Shown: one piece after another, positions 50,440 through 63,657 of the stretch
Numbering within the stretch: the first letter of the stretch is position 1
Layout: the number at the start of each line of letters is the position of its first letter
Assembly: GCF_964213995.1 (NCBI RefSeq)
Contig: NC_135825.1
Coordinates: 12,772,001-12,836,000 of the forward strand
Source: Mustelus asterias
Taxonomy: Eukaryota
DNA: 64,000 nt
Direction: 5' to 3'
The notes under the pieces: model-generated
Seen by the model: only the letters and a program-made list of their open reading frames with translations
What the model was told of the DNA's origin: nothing
The model's database searches: none
Translations under genes and position numbers: made by a program

Positions 50440-52890
50440 CTGTTGGTGAAACATAACATTTTAAGAAAGCTGGAAATATCCCAACACCCAATTGGAGACA
50501 ATCCTTTTGGTCCAATGCTAGTCAGTGCTTCACGAGGGGACCCACACAAGTCCTGGGTGGGACTGGAATCAAGAATCTTAAAGCAGAGATGGAGGACATT
50601 CGGCCTGTCATGTCTGTGCCAGCTCTTTGAAAATTTATTGTCCAATTGAATCCCACGGCCCAGCTTCCCCCACAACCCTGCACATTAATCCCCTCCAAAC
50701 ACATGTCCAACTGCCTTCTGAAAGTTCCTTTGGAATCTCATTCCATCGCCATTCCAGGTGGTGTATTCCGCACCATAACAATCTTCTGCATGAAATAATT
50801 TCCCCTCATTTATCCACTGGTTTGTATTCCAACTATTTGAAATCTATGATCACTGGTTCCTAATCCACCAGCGAGAGGAAATAATTGCTCTCTCCACTTG
50901 CTGTATTAAAACCCTTCCTCATTTTCAATACATTGATTAGATTTCCCTTTAATCTGCTCTGTTCCAAGGACTATTATCCCGGTTTCTCCAATCTGTTCAC
51001 ATAACCAAACTCCCTCATCCCTGGCATCATCCTGGTAAATCCGCTCTGTGCCCTTGCCTCCTTCCTTCGGTGTGGTGCCCAGAATTGTAAAGTAAAGTTT
51101 ATTTATTAGTCACAAGTAGGCTTACATTAACACTGCAATGAAGTTACTGTGAAAATCCCCTCGTCGCCACACACCGGCACCTGTTCAGGTACACTGAGGG
51201 AGAATTTAGCCTGGCCAATGCATCTAACCAGCAAGCCTTTCAGACTGTGGGAGGAAACCGGAACACCCTGAGGAAACCCACGCAGACACGGGGAGAACGT
51301 GCAGACTCCACACAGACAGTGACCCAAGCCAGGAATCGAACCCAGGTCCCTGGCACTGTGAGGCAGCAGTGCTAACCACTGTGCCACTGTGCCGCCCCTT
51401 TTTATATCCCCATACCTGGAGTACCCAATACTCCTGTAGTGAGCAGTAAAGGGTTAATGTAACTCCTCATTTTTATAATTAATATTCATATTTAAAGCAC
51501 ATTCTGCAGGTCAGCCCCTCAGCCTAGCACTGGGGTGAGGCCAAGCCAGTCGATTTCAAGCCTGTATTCTTCCAGAAGAAACAATATATCCTGCTTTTCG
51601 AGTAATGTCCTTTTTTCCTTTGTGTTATCACAAGCAGGAGTGAATCAGGTAATGGCCTCAATTATAGAACCTCAGCACCAGGGCTGTGATCTCGTTCATC
51701 TTCCCAGCCTGATAAATATTTTATAAAGATAAAAACCTGGGTCATGTGAAGCCACATTCTCTATGAACAGAGAGGCTCCTTTCGACCCCAGAGGTTTTGT
51801 CCGTGTCTCTTTTAGTCGCATTTGAAGGAGAAACGCAACATCTAAAATGTAAAATTGATATATATTATGAAGCGATGTTAATTGGTCAGAAATGACGGTG
51901 TGTTATCTTGTGCAATAGAAAGGATGACAGGAAAGATAGTTGAGGGCGCAGGCAAGAATTTCTTCAACATGATATTTGCTCAACATGTTGGGAAGTAATG
52001 GATTTAATCCGTATCCTGAGATATTTGATTTCCATGTGGGCAAAGTAGTAAAGTTTATTTATTCGTGTCACAAGTCTGCTGATATTGACATTGCAATGAA
52101 GTTACTGTGAAAATCCCCTAGTCGCCACACTCAGGTGCCTGAGGGAGAATTTAGCATGGCCAATGCATCTAACCAGCGCGTCTTTCAAACTGTGGGAGGA
52201 AACCGGAGCACCCGGAGGAAACCCACAGACACGGGGAGAACGTGCAGACTCCGCACAGGCAGTGACCCAAGCTGTGAATCGAACCCAAGTCCCTGGCACT
52301 GTGAGGCAGCAGTGCTAACCACTCTGTCACCGTATTTCACAGCACAGAAAGAAACTCTACTGCCCATCATTGAAACTGCAGAACTCTCGAGAAGAACTAT
52401 CGAGGCTGTCCTATTCCCCATCTTCCTCTCTTTTCTTTACTTCAGGTATGAAAGGTATGATGGATTCTATTCCTATCGCTATCTCTGGGTGGCAGGAGTG
52501 AGCGCCATGTGGGTTTCTAGATTAATTTGCAAATTATACACGTCTGTTCACATTCCTGTAATGTCTTCTGATATTCCACTATCCCCCTCCCTGAGGGAAC
52601 TCTCCATTCCTCTGAAACCAAGTGCCCCACCATTAATGGCCGTGTTTTCAACTAGATCCAACCTTTTGAAACTCTGTTGTCAAAACTCTTCTCCTCGCCA
52701 ATTCCCTCTCCCCCTCTTCAAAACCCTTCTCTTCGACTGAGCTTTTGGTTCACCCTTTCCACCTGCCCTCCTTTGGCCCAGAGTCTGTGTTTCTTCACTC
52801 CTCTGTGAAGAACGTTGAACCATTTTCCTCAGATGAAGATTTTACATAAACATGAACTTTCATTCCAAATATAGAACTGGAAAATCTTAC

Positions 52891-52930
52891 TTGATATCAA
52901 AGTGAGGAGCAGCAACTCGGTGAACCTCAT
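52891..52930 (-). CDS. Gene 2 (CD300/pIgR-like activating-type receptor): leader exon
   Basis: Kozak-like ggaccATGA; encodes MRFTELLLLTLIS, then phase-1 donor A|gtaag. Joined to the next exon it gives signal peptide MRFTELLLLTLISILRTQTA. Confidence 0.85.
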
Positions 52931-53063
52931 GGTCCCGGCAAAAGTATCCACAGTTTTCAGCACAAGTGTCTCTAAATCGGTCAAAGGATCTGCACTGAAT
53001 CATTTACTTCGTCATAGCAGTGGAACTATCTCCCCCACACCCACAGGATCAGAGAAGTTGACC

Positions 53064-53123
53064 AACCACACTCTTTCACAACGTAGTTTGTGGAGATGCC
53101 AACGGATGAAGGTGCAGGAAATG
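53064..53123 (-). promoter_or_regulatory. Putative proximal promoter motifs of gene 2 (RUNX AACCACA; ETS CAGGAAAT)
   Basis: Consensus matches 130-190 bp upstream of the leader ATG in unique sequence. Short motifs that may occur by chance. Confidence 0.25.
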
Positions 53124-53950
53124 ATCTGTCCTTGGCTGACTGTTGTCAAAGTACAACGTTACATAAAGATGTTAGCAAAGGAAAGACATCTTCTTTGTAA
53201 AGACATTTTCAGTTGGAACTTCTGTTTGTTCTGCTTTTTGCTGCAATGTGTATTGAAGCAATAAATCACCCTCCTTGGTGCTTTCCGTCAGAAATTAATT
53301 CCAATGCATCCTGTTTGAGTCATGAACAACAATTCAATTTGAGGGATGGGAATCAGTGTGACTTGGTTTTCAGGGAGTGTGAAGAGGAACAGGACTGAGG
53401 ATGTTTTAACTTAAAGCACATCTATAGTATTTTGAACTGGGGTGTTTGCTCCCTCAGGTTTACGAGATCCAAAGAGAGACCGAGCTTATCAGATTTCCAT
53501 TCATTTATTATCAGAGATCTATCGGCCTTTAATGTTTGAATGATTCTTTCTCTACACCCCAGCTATGACAGTAACACTATATTCAGCACCCTCTCCTTTC
53601 CTCCACCCCTATATACTCTGTGAACGGTATGCATTGTCTGTATAGAGCGCAAGAAACAATACTTTTCACTGTATCCCAATACATGTGACAATAATAAATA
53701 AAAATAAATCAAATCAATGACAGAGGCTGACAGTGCGACACTCAAAATCTGACATGTAACTTTAGTGAGACCACCTAACCAGCCATGATGAAACTCTGTG
53801 CCCCTCCCCTGCCCCTTCCAAACCTCCACCCCAGCTGAAAATGCCAATGTTCCTCAGCTGAAGCATTGGATGTGATCAATGGTCCATCCCACATTCACTT
53901 AGCTGAAGTCACATGAATATTTTCCTCAGTTCAATGGGTTTTCTACATTG

Positions 53951-54067
53951 ATGTGGAGATGCCGGCGTTGGACTGGGGTAAGCACAGTAAGAAGTCTCAC
54001 AACACCAGGTTAAAGTCCAGCCAAATAAACCTGTTGGACTTTAACCTGGTGTTGTGAGACTTCTTAC
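53951..54067. mobile_element. Short PLE inverted-terminus insertion with 11-bp TSD
   Basis: TSD TTTCTACATTG (53940-53950 / 54068-54078). Confidence 0.8.
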
Positions 54068-55131
54068 TTTCTACATTGGCCAGATGTTGTCACAGGCTTG
54101 TCAGCTGAGAGCTTTGTGTGGTGCAGCATTTGGGTTTTAAATAAAGTTTTATCGTGAGTAGAACATTGTCACTGGGTTGAGTCAGTCTCCATTCCCTGTA
54201 GACCTCGCTGAAGATTCACTGGATCAGTGCATCATTCGTGTCCCTGCCCCCCACCCACCCCCCCTCCAAAATCCCACCTCCCCAGACACGTCTGTCTGTC
54301 TGACTCTGACTTGGATCTGAACAGGATTCAGCCGTCCCTTGTGTTGCAGTAACTATTGGTACTTTACCCGCATCCCAACTGTCCAATTCATCAAACTCAC
54401 TTGATTCTTTCTAACCTTCTTAACCTTTGTGAATCTCTGAAATTAAAACAAGAAGTATGTGTACAAACGTAACATTTCCAGCATCAAACATCTTGACTAA
54501 ACATGTGCAAGGATCACACATTTTCATGACTATTCTTGGGAGTCTTCTCAGCCACTTATGATGATGTTGTTTCATCTTAACTTCCTGGTTTAACTTCAGA
54601 CTTGTTTCTCTTACTCCACCCCGAACAGGATTCTCTTTCTGTCTGGTTTTGTCCCTCTTCTACTCACTGTGCTAAATGTTCTCAGGAAAATGGACACGAT
54701 GACAGAGTGCCAGCGACGCTTCACCAACTGATTGAGGGCATATTGGAGTGTTGGAAGAAGACCTGTTTAAAAAGAAAGTCCAAGTAAAGTCATGGATCAC
54801 AAACTGTTGATGCTGTAACGTGTCCAACTTCTGAAAAAGGGGAATTGGGACTGTACCCTCTCCTGAGAGGACATGGAATTTGGCACTTGAAAAGGTGTCA
54901 AGGCCCATTTCAAGCAGAGACACTTGAAAGGAAGGCCTGGAAAATGCAAAGGCTGGACTCTAATCATCATGACTTTGTAAAGTGTCAGGAAGACTTGAGC
55001 TGCTCCAGTTTGTCCCGCAGTTCAAAAGATGTGCTGGTAAGGTGCGTTGGAATGCTAAATGCGCCCTCAATGCACCCGAACAGGTGCTGGAATGTGGTGA
55101 CCAGGGGATTTTCACACTAACTTAAAGTAAA

Positions 55132-55495
55132 GGGCGGCACGGTAGCACAGTGGTTAGGGCGGCACGGTAGCACAGTGGTTAGCACTGCTGCTTCACAGCT
55201 CCAGGGTCCCGGGTTCGATTCCCGGCTCGGGTCACTGTCTGTGTGGAGTTTGCACATTCTTCTCGTGTCTGCGTGGGTTTCCTCCGGGTGCTCCGGTTTC
55301 CTCCCACAGTCCAAAGATGTGTGGGTTAGATTGATTGGCCAGGTTAAAAATTGCCCCTTAGAGTCCTGGGATGCGTAGGTTAGAGGGATTAGCGGGTAAA
55401 TATGTGGGGTGGGATTGTGGTCGGTGCAGACTCGATGGGCCGAATGGCCTCCTTCTGCACTGTAGGGTTTCTATGATTTCTATGATTTCTATGAT
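55132..55495 (+). mobile_element. HE1-like V-SINE with duplicated 5' end
   Basis: GGGCGGCACGGTAGCACAGTGGTT x2, then full SINE and (TTTCTATGA)n tail. Confidence 0.92.
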
Positions 55496-58400
55496 AAAGT
55501 TTATTTGTTAGTCACAAGTAAGGCTTACATTAACAGAGCAACGAAGTTACTGTGAAATTCCCCAAGTCGCCACACTCTGGCGGCTGTTTGGGTAAACTGA
55601 GGGAGAATTTAGCACGGCCAATGCACATAACCAGCCCGTCTTTCTGAATGTGGGAGGAAACCAGAGCACTCGGAGGAAACCCATGCCGACACGAAAAGAA
55701 AGTGCAAGCTCCACACATACAGTGACCCAAGCCGGGAATCGAACCCGGGTCCCTGGCTCTGTTGCAGTGTTAAATTAAGCCTGCTTGTGACATTAATAAA
55801 TAAACTTTAAATAAAATTTTAAACTTGAAACTCAAGCTTGAATGAAGTAAAGATTTAAGAATTGGATGCAATAAAGATGAAGGGAGTTCCGATAAAATGA
55901 TGTTTAAAGAATTGGATAAAAGGTCATTGCAGTTGTCTGGAAGATTTTGATATATGAATTAGCTTAGCAGCAAGGCAAACAAATATTTACCGCAGTGAGG
56001 TGGAGAACAATAGGGTATAGAATTGTAAAACTGAGGAAGAGGTATGTTCAAAGTGGAGACATATGAAAGCGGGTCACACTTACATGCTAAAAGCATGGCT
56101 TCTAAGGTGAGTCCTATAGAGATTGTGAGATCAAAATGGAAGTATGATATGTCAGCAACAGGGTGCTGGTGAGTGGTTAAGATCATCTTCACGCCCAGCT
56201 GGTAAGAGAAACTCTCCGGAAAGCAGCATTCTGTTCTAGCCCCAAAGCAGATCTGGGCTCAAAGATATCCTGAACATTCCTTAAATCTTCAACTTCACCC
56301 TGAAATTCCCGTAGTCACCACAGTTTGGGTCAATGCACCAAACTAGCACGTCTTTCAGACTGTGGGAGGAGTACCCGAAGGAAACCCACGCAGGCACGGG
56401 GAGGACATGCAGACTCTGCACAGACAGTGACCCAAGTCGGGAATCTAACCTGGGTCCCTGGCGCTGTGAGGCCATGATGTGGAGATGCCGGCATTGGACT
56501 GGGGTCAGCACAGTAAAGAAGTCTCACAACATCAGGTTAAAGTGCGACCAAATAAACCTGTTGGACTTTAACCTGGTGTTGTGAGGCTTATTACTGTGGC
56601 AGCAGTGCTAACCACTGTTCTCCTGTCCATATCAGAATTTGCTGCTGCAGCCAAGATTGGAACCAATTGAACTGAAATGAGGCAAATCTGAGGTTAAAAG
56701 AATAAACTGGGAACAAGAAGGGAAAGTGCAGCAGCTGAAAGTGTTTCTTTGAAATGAAAAGCCTCGAGCAGCATGTTTTGTGCGTTTGTCACCACTAGAG
56801 GGTGGAGTGGCTCGATTCAATGTGAACTCATTTGTGGAAGTGGAGGATTTAACTCAGCAAAGGTTACCAGCCCCAACAACAGAGCAGCTTCAAGCAATAA
56901 CTAGCCCGGTGGGACTCACTGTGAGGAAATGGGCACAACACACTGAGGAACTAGAAATACTGGCTGAGGAACTTGGCCTCAACTGGAACAGGCAGAAGAC
57001 ACAAGCCTGACACGGACCAGGTTACCCTCGGCAAGATTCAGCTGGAGGAGCAGAGGCAAGAGGTAGAGTTCCAGGCAGGGAAGGAAAAGGGGGATTCCAG
57101 GAAAGAGAGTTGGAGTGAGCCTTCCCGCTGGAGAAGCTTGAGGATGAATTACCAGCACCAAACGAGAGGGAACCAAAGCAGATTGAAGCAGCGAGGGAGA
57201 AATTGTCTTTATCCAGGAGAGATACCGCTTGACTGGCACCACATCCACAAACACCCACTCCCCCCAACACCGACGCTCAGTAGCAGCAGTGTGTACCATC
57301 TACACAATACACTGCAGCAATTCACCAAAGATCCTTAGACAGCACCTTCCAAACCCACGACCACTTCCATCTAGAAGGACAAGGGCAGCAGATACATGGG
57401 AACACCACCACCTGAAAGTTCCCCTCCAAGCCACTCGCCATCCTGACTTGGAAATATATCGCCGTTCCTTCGCAGTCGCTGGGTCAAAATCCTGGAATTC
57501 CCTCCCTGACAGCATTGTGGGTCAACCCACAGCACGCGGACTGCAGCGATTCAAGAAGGCAGCTCACCACCACCTTCTTAAGGGCAACTAGGGATGGGCA
57601 ATAAATGCTGGCCAGCCAGCGACACCCATGTCCCACGAATAAATTAGAAAAAGACACCACTGGTAATTTAATCTCCCCCGGAGCTCAGAGACACACTTTG
57701 ACCTCTCGAAGTATTTCTGATTCACCCCTAGGTTTGACGATGATGCTGTGGAAACCTCCTTCACAGCCTTCGAGAAGCTGGCTGATTGGTTAAAGTGGGT
57801 GGCAGAGACTTGGACTCTCCTGATGCAGGTTGGCTCGTTGGCGAAGTGCCCACAGTTTATTCCAGACTGCCTGCAGAATGCTCTGCAAGATATCAACAGC
57901 AGTGAAGAGCTAGATTGAGCTGATCAGTTAGTACCAGAAGCACCATCAGAGATTTAGGAATTTTGCAAAAAATCCACGCGACCATCCTTGAATTTGAAAG
58001 AATTAAACAGCTGGCATTTGTTTAAAGTTTATTTGTTCATGTCACATTCACACTGCAATGAAGTTAATGTGAAAATTCCCCAGTCGCCACACTCCGGCAC
58101 CAGTTCAGGTACACTGAGGGAGAATTTAGCATGGCCAATACACCCTAACCAACACGTCTTCTGGAGTGTGGGAGGAAACCGGAGCACCCGGAGGAAACCC
58201 ACGCAGACACGGGGAGAACATGTAAACTCCACATAGACAGTCACCCAAGCTGGGAATCAAACCCAGGTCCCTGGCGCTGTGGAGCAGCAGTGCTATACAC
58301 TGTGCCACTGGAGGGTGCGAGCTCTCACAACTGACCGCTTGTCTGAGGGATTAAGTGAAATAATCCTTTTGCAGGATTTCAAAAACCTCCTCTCGTCCAA

Positions 58401-59544
58401 CCCTAAAGCTCATGTGGAGGAACAAGGAGATTCCAAAGCCAGAGGAGCAGCCACCCTGCCCAGTGACAACGAATTGATTCACAACCTCCTCACTCAGAGT
58501 GAAGCTGGATTTAATAATTCCCACAAGCTCGAGAGAGATGAGGTGGAGGTGGATGAAACAGAATCAATCTCCAGAGAACAGGAGAGCAGGGAAGAATAAA
58601 CAGACCGATTTGCCACTGTTCAAAGAAGGAACATTAATGGATGAAGTGCTTGGGAAACCATCAAGAGCAGTCATATGGCTTCTGGTGAACTGTGGGTTCA
58701 TGGAGTGTCCAGCTTAATTCTGCAATGCTGGAAAGATTTGGACTTCACAGGCTGTTGGAGGACAGCGCCTACACGATGCAAATTAGAGCTTCAAGAACTT
58801 CTCGTGGAAGCCTTAGTTTAACCCTTTGATTGGTGCTTCTGCAACCCCTTAGTTACATTGTTCTGTTTCTGGTCTATGTATAAATTTTCCAGCCATTCCC
58901 CCAATGGGATCCTCCGGCCCTGTCATGGTGACCAGTCACGGCGCGATCCCAGGGGCGGTAGGTGTGGTGCATCCAAAGCACTGCAGACATTGGCGGGACT
59001 GGACGATCCCACCAACAGCCAATGGCAGACCACCTCCATCGCCAGAAATATGACACTTATTTGCCACGCGATGTTGGGCAATTAATTATTTTTAAATCCT
59101 TGTGAGACATTTGAGTTCAACTCCTGCATGTTGTCCTCAGTGGGTTGTGAAGGTGCATTGTTGGGTTGAGTGAGTTTAGAAATTTGAACTTTGCCCTGTG
59201 ATATTTTAGTGGGTAATTCTACACAGACTTTTATTTCCCCCGTGGTTTTCACAAGGTGCTGTTTGTCTTTGGGTATGGCATCTCCCCTTCTCCACTTACC
59301 TCAGGGAGGGATTTTCCCCCAATCTATTCCATGTTCCCTGGGACATTACTGCCCTCAGGCGTCAGCCAGGTTTTGCTGAACCCTCTGTGGTGCTACAACC
59401 GGGTGAGGCATCTCCATCAATTTGTGTCTGCCCGCTTGGGAATTCTCTTGGGAACCTTCAAGAACTTTCCAGGGAGCCCTTTTGCCAACACCGTATGATT
59501 TGTTATGCTTTCAGTTTGCATCTCTGAAACCTTTGGGATGAGTC

Positions 59545-60700
59545 GGGGGTGATTCTCCCCAAAAATATCGAAATGTTGAATTCACGTAAAAACTGGAGCA
59601 AATCCCGCTGGATTTTTCAGCGGGAGTTTCCAAATGAATCTCCCACATTGTGCATTGCAGAGTGCACTCGCATGAATCACACTGAAAATCAGTGGGCGGT
59701 GCCTATTCCCGTTGGAGAGGCCGGCAGTGTAGAGCTGAGCGGGCCACTGTGCATACGCTGATTGGTCAGAGCAGAGATTGATGCATCTGTCGTAGTCCCG
59801 CACTGCCGGCCGCCTGATTGCTGGCCAGCCCCCAACAGCCCCCTCCCACCCCCTCCCACCCCCCCACCCCCCCCCCCCCCCCCCCCCCGCCCCCCACCCC
59901 CCCACACCTGCCGCCCATGGCCCAATTGCTGGCCACCCCAACATGCTTGGACCAGGCTCGAACCACCACTCCCCCCACCCCCACTCAGTCCCGGCAGCCC
60001 CGATCTCCTGATCCATCCCTGTTCCGCCCCTCCCCGCAGCCCCGACACCCCCTCCCCGCAGTCCTGTCCCTCTCTCTGCAGCCCCGACCCACCCAGCAGG
60101 CTTCCCCCTCCCACCCTGCTGGCCAGCCCCAATAGCTGGCCTCCCTCCCTCTGTCACTCAGCCTATAGAGGAAAGTGGCAACGCGACCCCCCACCTTCAC
60201 AGATCGCCCCTCCCTCCCCACTGAGGTCCCCCCCATCAGGCCCCACCCCCAATAGGCCCCTCCCCTTGTCCCTGCTCTATGCCCGGTGAGCAGTGCTGAG
60301 AAGCCCCCTGGGCATGGCACTTTGCCACTTGGGCATTTCCAGGGGCCAGGTTGGCACTGCCAATATGGCAATGCCCAGGGGGAACCCCCCCCCCCCCCCG
60401 CCACTGCACCCGATCCTGTGGGGGGCCTCGATGGCTGCTCTTCACTTGAGTGGGTCGGGCCACCGGCTCCCCTCAAGTGGGGAACGATGCTAAACCCGGC
60501 TGGAGTGAAATACTCCTGGCAGGGGGGGTGAGAGGCTGATTTTAAATATATTTAAATGAGGGTCTGCAGACATTATGCAACTGCCCGATTTCCGACGCGG
60601 AGCTGACTGCACCAAAACCCCGGCTACGGGAGATGCGCAGCGGCCGTGACGCCCAGTGAGGAGCCCCAGAAACTGCCTCTGCTCGAGTCTCCCAGGTGCC
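59545..60700. repeat. GC/poly-C-rich interspersed repeat (related segments at about 18740-19715)
   Basis: Poly-C tracts and shared motifs (TTGGCACTGCC, AATATATTTAAATGA-like); possibly a non-autonomous DNA element. Confidence 0.45.
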
Positions 60701-60902
60701 CGGGTTCAATGCCGGCTTGGGTCACTGTCTGTGTAGAGTTTGCACATTCTCCCTGTGTCTGCGTGGGTTTCCTCCGGGTGCTCTGGTTTCTTCCCACAGT
60801 CCAATGATGTACAGGTCAGGTACATTAGCCATGCTAAATCGCCCCTTAGTGTCAGGGAGTTAGCAGGGTAAATAAGTGGGTGTGATAGGGATAGGGCCTG
60901 GG

Positions 60903-61589
60903 TGATGTAGGAGGGAAATAAAGCGAGTTGAGCCTTGGAGACTGTGTTGAACTTCAAGGAAAGTTTTTATTCCGCATGCATGAGGGAGAGCTGGACTCCG
61001 GCCTGAAATCTCAGGTTTCCTGCCAGTCCTTCTCTGCCCCGATAGGTTGGTACTGGTTAATATACTTTTTCAAGTCACAAAGGTTTACATTAGCATATTA
61101 ATTCCTTGAGTTGGATACAAGATGGTTCTTCTAATCTTGTTATGCAGACTGCATTGTGAAGTACATCATCGTTAATCAGTTCTTTGTCGGTTCCGTTTAC
61201 CCGATTATAATGTGAAAGCGCTGTATTTGCTCAACTGATTTGCACTGAATCGTTCCCCCCCCCTCTGCTCGATGATCGTGTTTTACAGAAGACAATATCC
61301 TCCCTGGACTATATGGAGCCTGGCTGTCTTCATGCCGGTTCTCCCATTGTTGTGATAATTCGGAACGATCTCCTGCACATCAGAAGTTGATGGCACGCGT
61401 TAATTGTTACCTGTCGGCAGAGCAGGCCTCGAGCTGTCTGCATTAACCCTTTCCTTCCCTCTGATGAGGCCTGGCTCTCTGGGCTTGCTCTATGTAGCCC
61501 TGCATGTATTATACTGAAATTAAATAAAATATGAATGAACATATCCATTAAAATATAAAAGACACAATGCCCGATATTGTGCTACAACA
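60903..61589 (-). mobile_element. Probable solo LTR inserted into a V-SINE (SINE spans about 60700-61665)
   Basis: Termini TGATGTAG...CTACAACA; the SINE sequence resumes (gtgggattgtg) after it; minus-strand AATAAA near 60965. Confidence 0.6.
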
Positions 61590-62502
61590 GTGGGATTGTG
61601 ATCAGTGCAGACCTGATGGGCCGAATGGCCTCTTTCTGCACTGCAGGGATTCTATGATTCTATGAAACAAGAGCTTGTAGCTCATCAAAGAAAACACAAG
61701 ACTATATTTGGAAGGTGGCGATAAATAACCACGTGGTGAGGAAGACCAGTTTTTGTGCTGCCCCCTTTTATTCAAAGATTCAGGGCACGATCTTACCGGT
61801 CGTTCACGCCCCACTGCCGCTGCAAGCGAGGATGGAGAATTTGGTGTTCAGCCAAATCTCTGTTCACTGCAGCGGGACCGGAAAATCACGCTGACAAGAA
61901 TGGCGGGAAAATCCCGTCCTCAGTCTTCAGATAACGCCTGGAAAGATGCCAGCTGCAGCAGGTGAGGCAGTGTTATCTTTGCCTTTAAAGACCCAGGGCA
62001 AGAATTCTCCAGCCGTTCATGCCCCGTGGCCGATGTCAGCAAGAACGGAGAAATTGGCCCTCAGCGGGACTGGAAAATCCGAGCTGCAAGCGAGATCGGA
62101 GAATCCAGCTCCAGGTGGCCAAAACTCCAAGTCCATCTGTGAATAAATTTTTGTAGGATGGTATTGGGATCCTGGTCTTCTGTGACTTTTAGGGGATTAA
62201 ACTTTAAAACTTAGACATTTGTGACCATGGCAAAAAACAACTTGACTCCTTAAAATAAAAATATCAAGAAAGTTTATCTATTTTTTATTAGAATAAAAGG
62301 AGTTTGCACACAATTTCTGGAGGCAGTACAAAGCATTTCAGATTGTCATAAAGTATAAAATACTGCAATATTGCAAAGTAACTTCTCAAAGCAAGTGGGA
62401 ATATTCTGGACATTCGTGTAGGAATTAGTCAATCTTCCGAGCAATCTTCGAATCAAGCTCTGATCCATTTATGTTCTGTGGTTGAGGTTTCCACATAACC
62501 CA

Positions 62503-62552
62503 TCATTTGCTCACCTGGGGAGCTGAAGGAGAAATTAATTTAAGCAACTGGA
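62503..62552 (-). CDS. Gene 3: candidate terminal exon
   Basis: Identical to 31715-31764 and in the same context. Confidence 0.38.
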
Positions 62553-63657
62553 CTGTCGAAAATGGATGAAGTGAAATACTTTGAGAGACACTGGCTGAAA
62601 CATAGGCGAAAGAATGGTTGGGTATATCCTCACATAAGTGCTGAAGTGTGTTTGCCATAATCTCAAACAGTGATATTGTTCAAGTTTCCTGGGGTAGGGG
62701 GAACTTTCTATTTTGCGTGCGGTGCCCATAGCCCTGGCGCCCATCTTGGGGTTCCAGGTTCTACAATGCAATATACTTAGTGGCACTTTCCGGCCCGCTC
62801 GCCCCAAGACCAGAAAACCCCGCCCGAAGTCATCTGCTCTGATTCCCACGGCGGGCCAGACAGGAAAATTCCACCAACTGTTTCTGATCCAGGAACACTG
62901 CTGGTGTTCTTTTATCCATGTTCCAAGTCAGATTGGATTCTTAAGGGGCTTGACAGGGTAAATGCTGAGAGAATGCTTCCCATCATGGGAGAGTCTAGGG
63001 CCAGAGGGCATGGTCTCAGAATAAAGGGGCACCAACTTAAGACTGAGATGAGGAGGAATTTCTTCTCTCAGAGGGCGGTGAGTCTTTGGAACTCCTTGCC
63101 ACAGAGAGCTGTGGGGGCAGAGTCCTTGAGTATATTTAAGACCGAGATAGATAGATTTTTGATCAGTAAAGGAATCAAGGGTTATGGGAAAGGGCAGGAA
63201 AGTGGACGGAAGGAATGTTGGGAACAGCCATGATCCTGTTGATTGGTGGAGCAGGGTTGAGGGGCCGAACAGCCTTCTCCTGTTCCTGTTTCTTATGGTC
63301 TTATGGCCACCTTTGTCCACAAGCGTGCATTTTAAATAAACATTGAATGAAACTGAGTGCTTTGTATCCACTGCCTACTTGGAATTTTCCCATCTTGGAC
63401 TCCCATGTGTAACTGAAAAACTGCAGATGAACTGACATTTTATCCTTTCTATTAACAAACATAAAATTCACTCCAGCAGTTCTTGTTCTAACACTGGCCT
63501 GGTGATAATGGTTCATTCGGTTCGATTTCTCGAGGAGGAATCATTTTCTTGTGGATTTTTTTGCTGTGTTTTTTCAGCAACTTTCAAAGTGCCTCAGCTT
63601 TTAGGTTGAAGTTAAATATCTATAAATATTAGAGGAAACAGATTTAAAATATTATAC

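Noticed and set aside
59582-60531. Pro/Gly-rich ORFs of 105-191 aa
   Set aside because: Artefacts of poly-C low-complexity repeat; open in several frames, with no domain or splice support.
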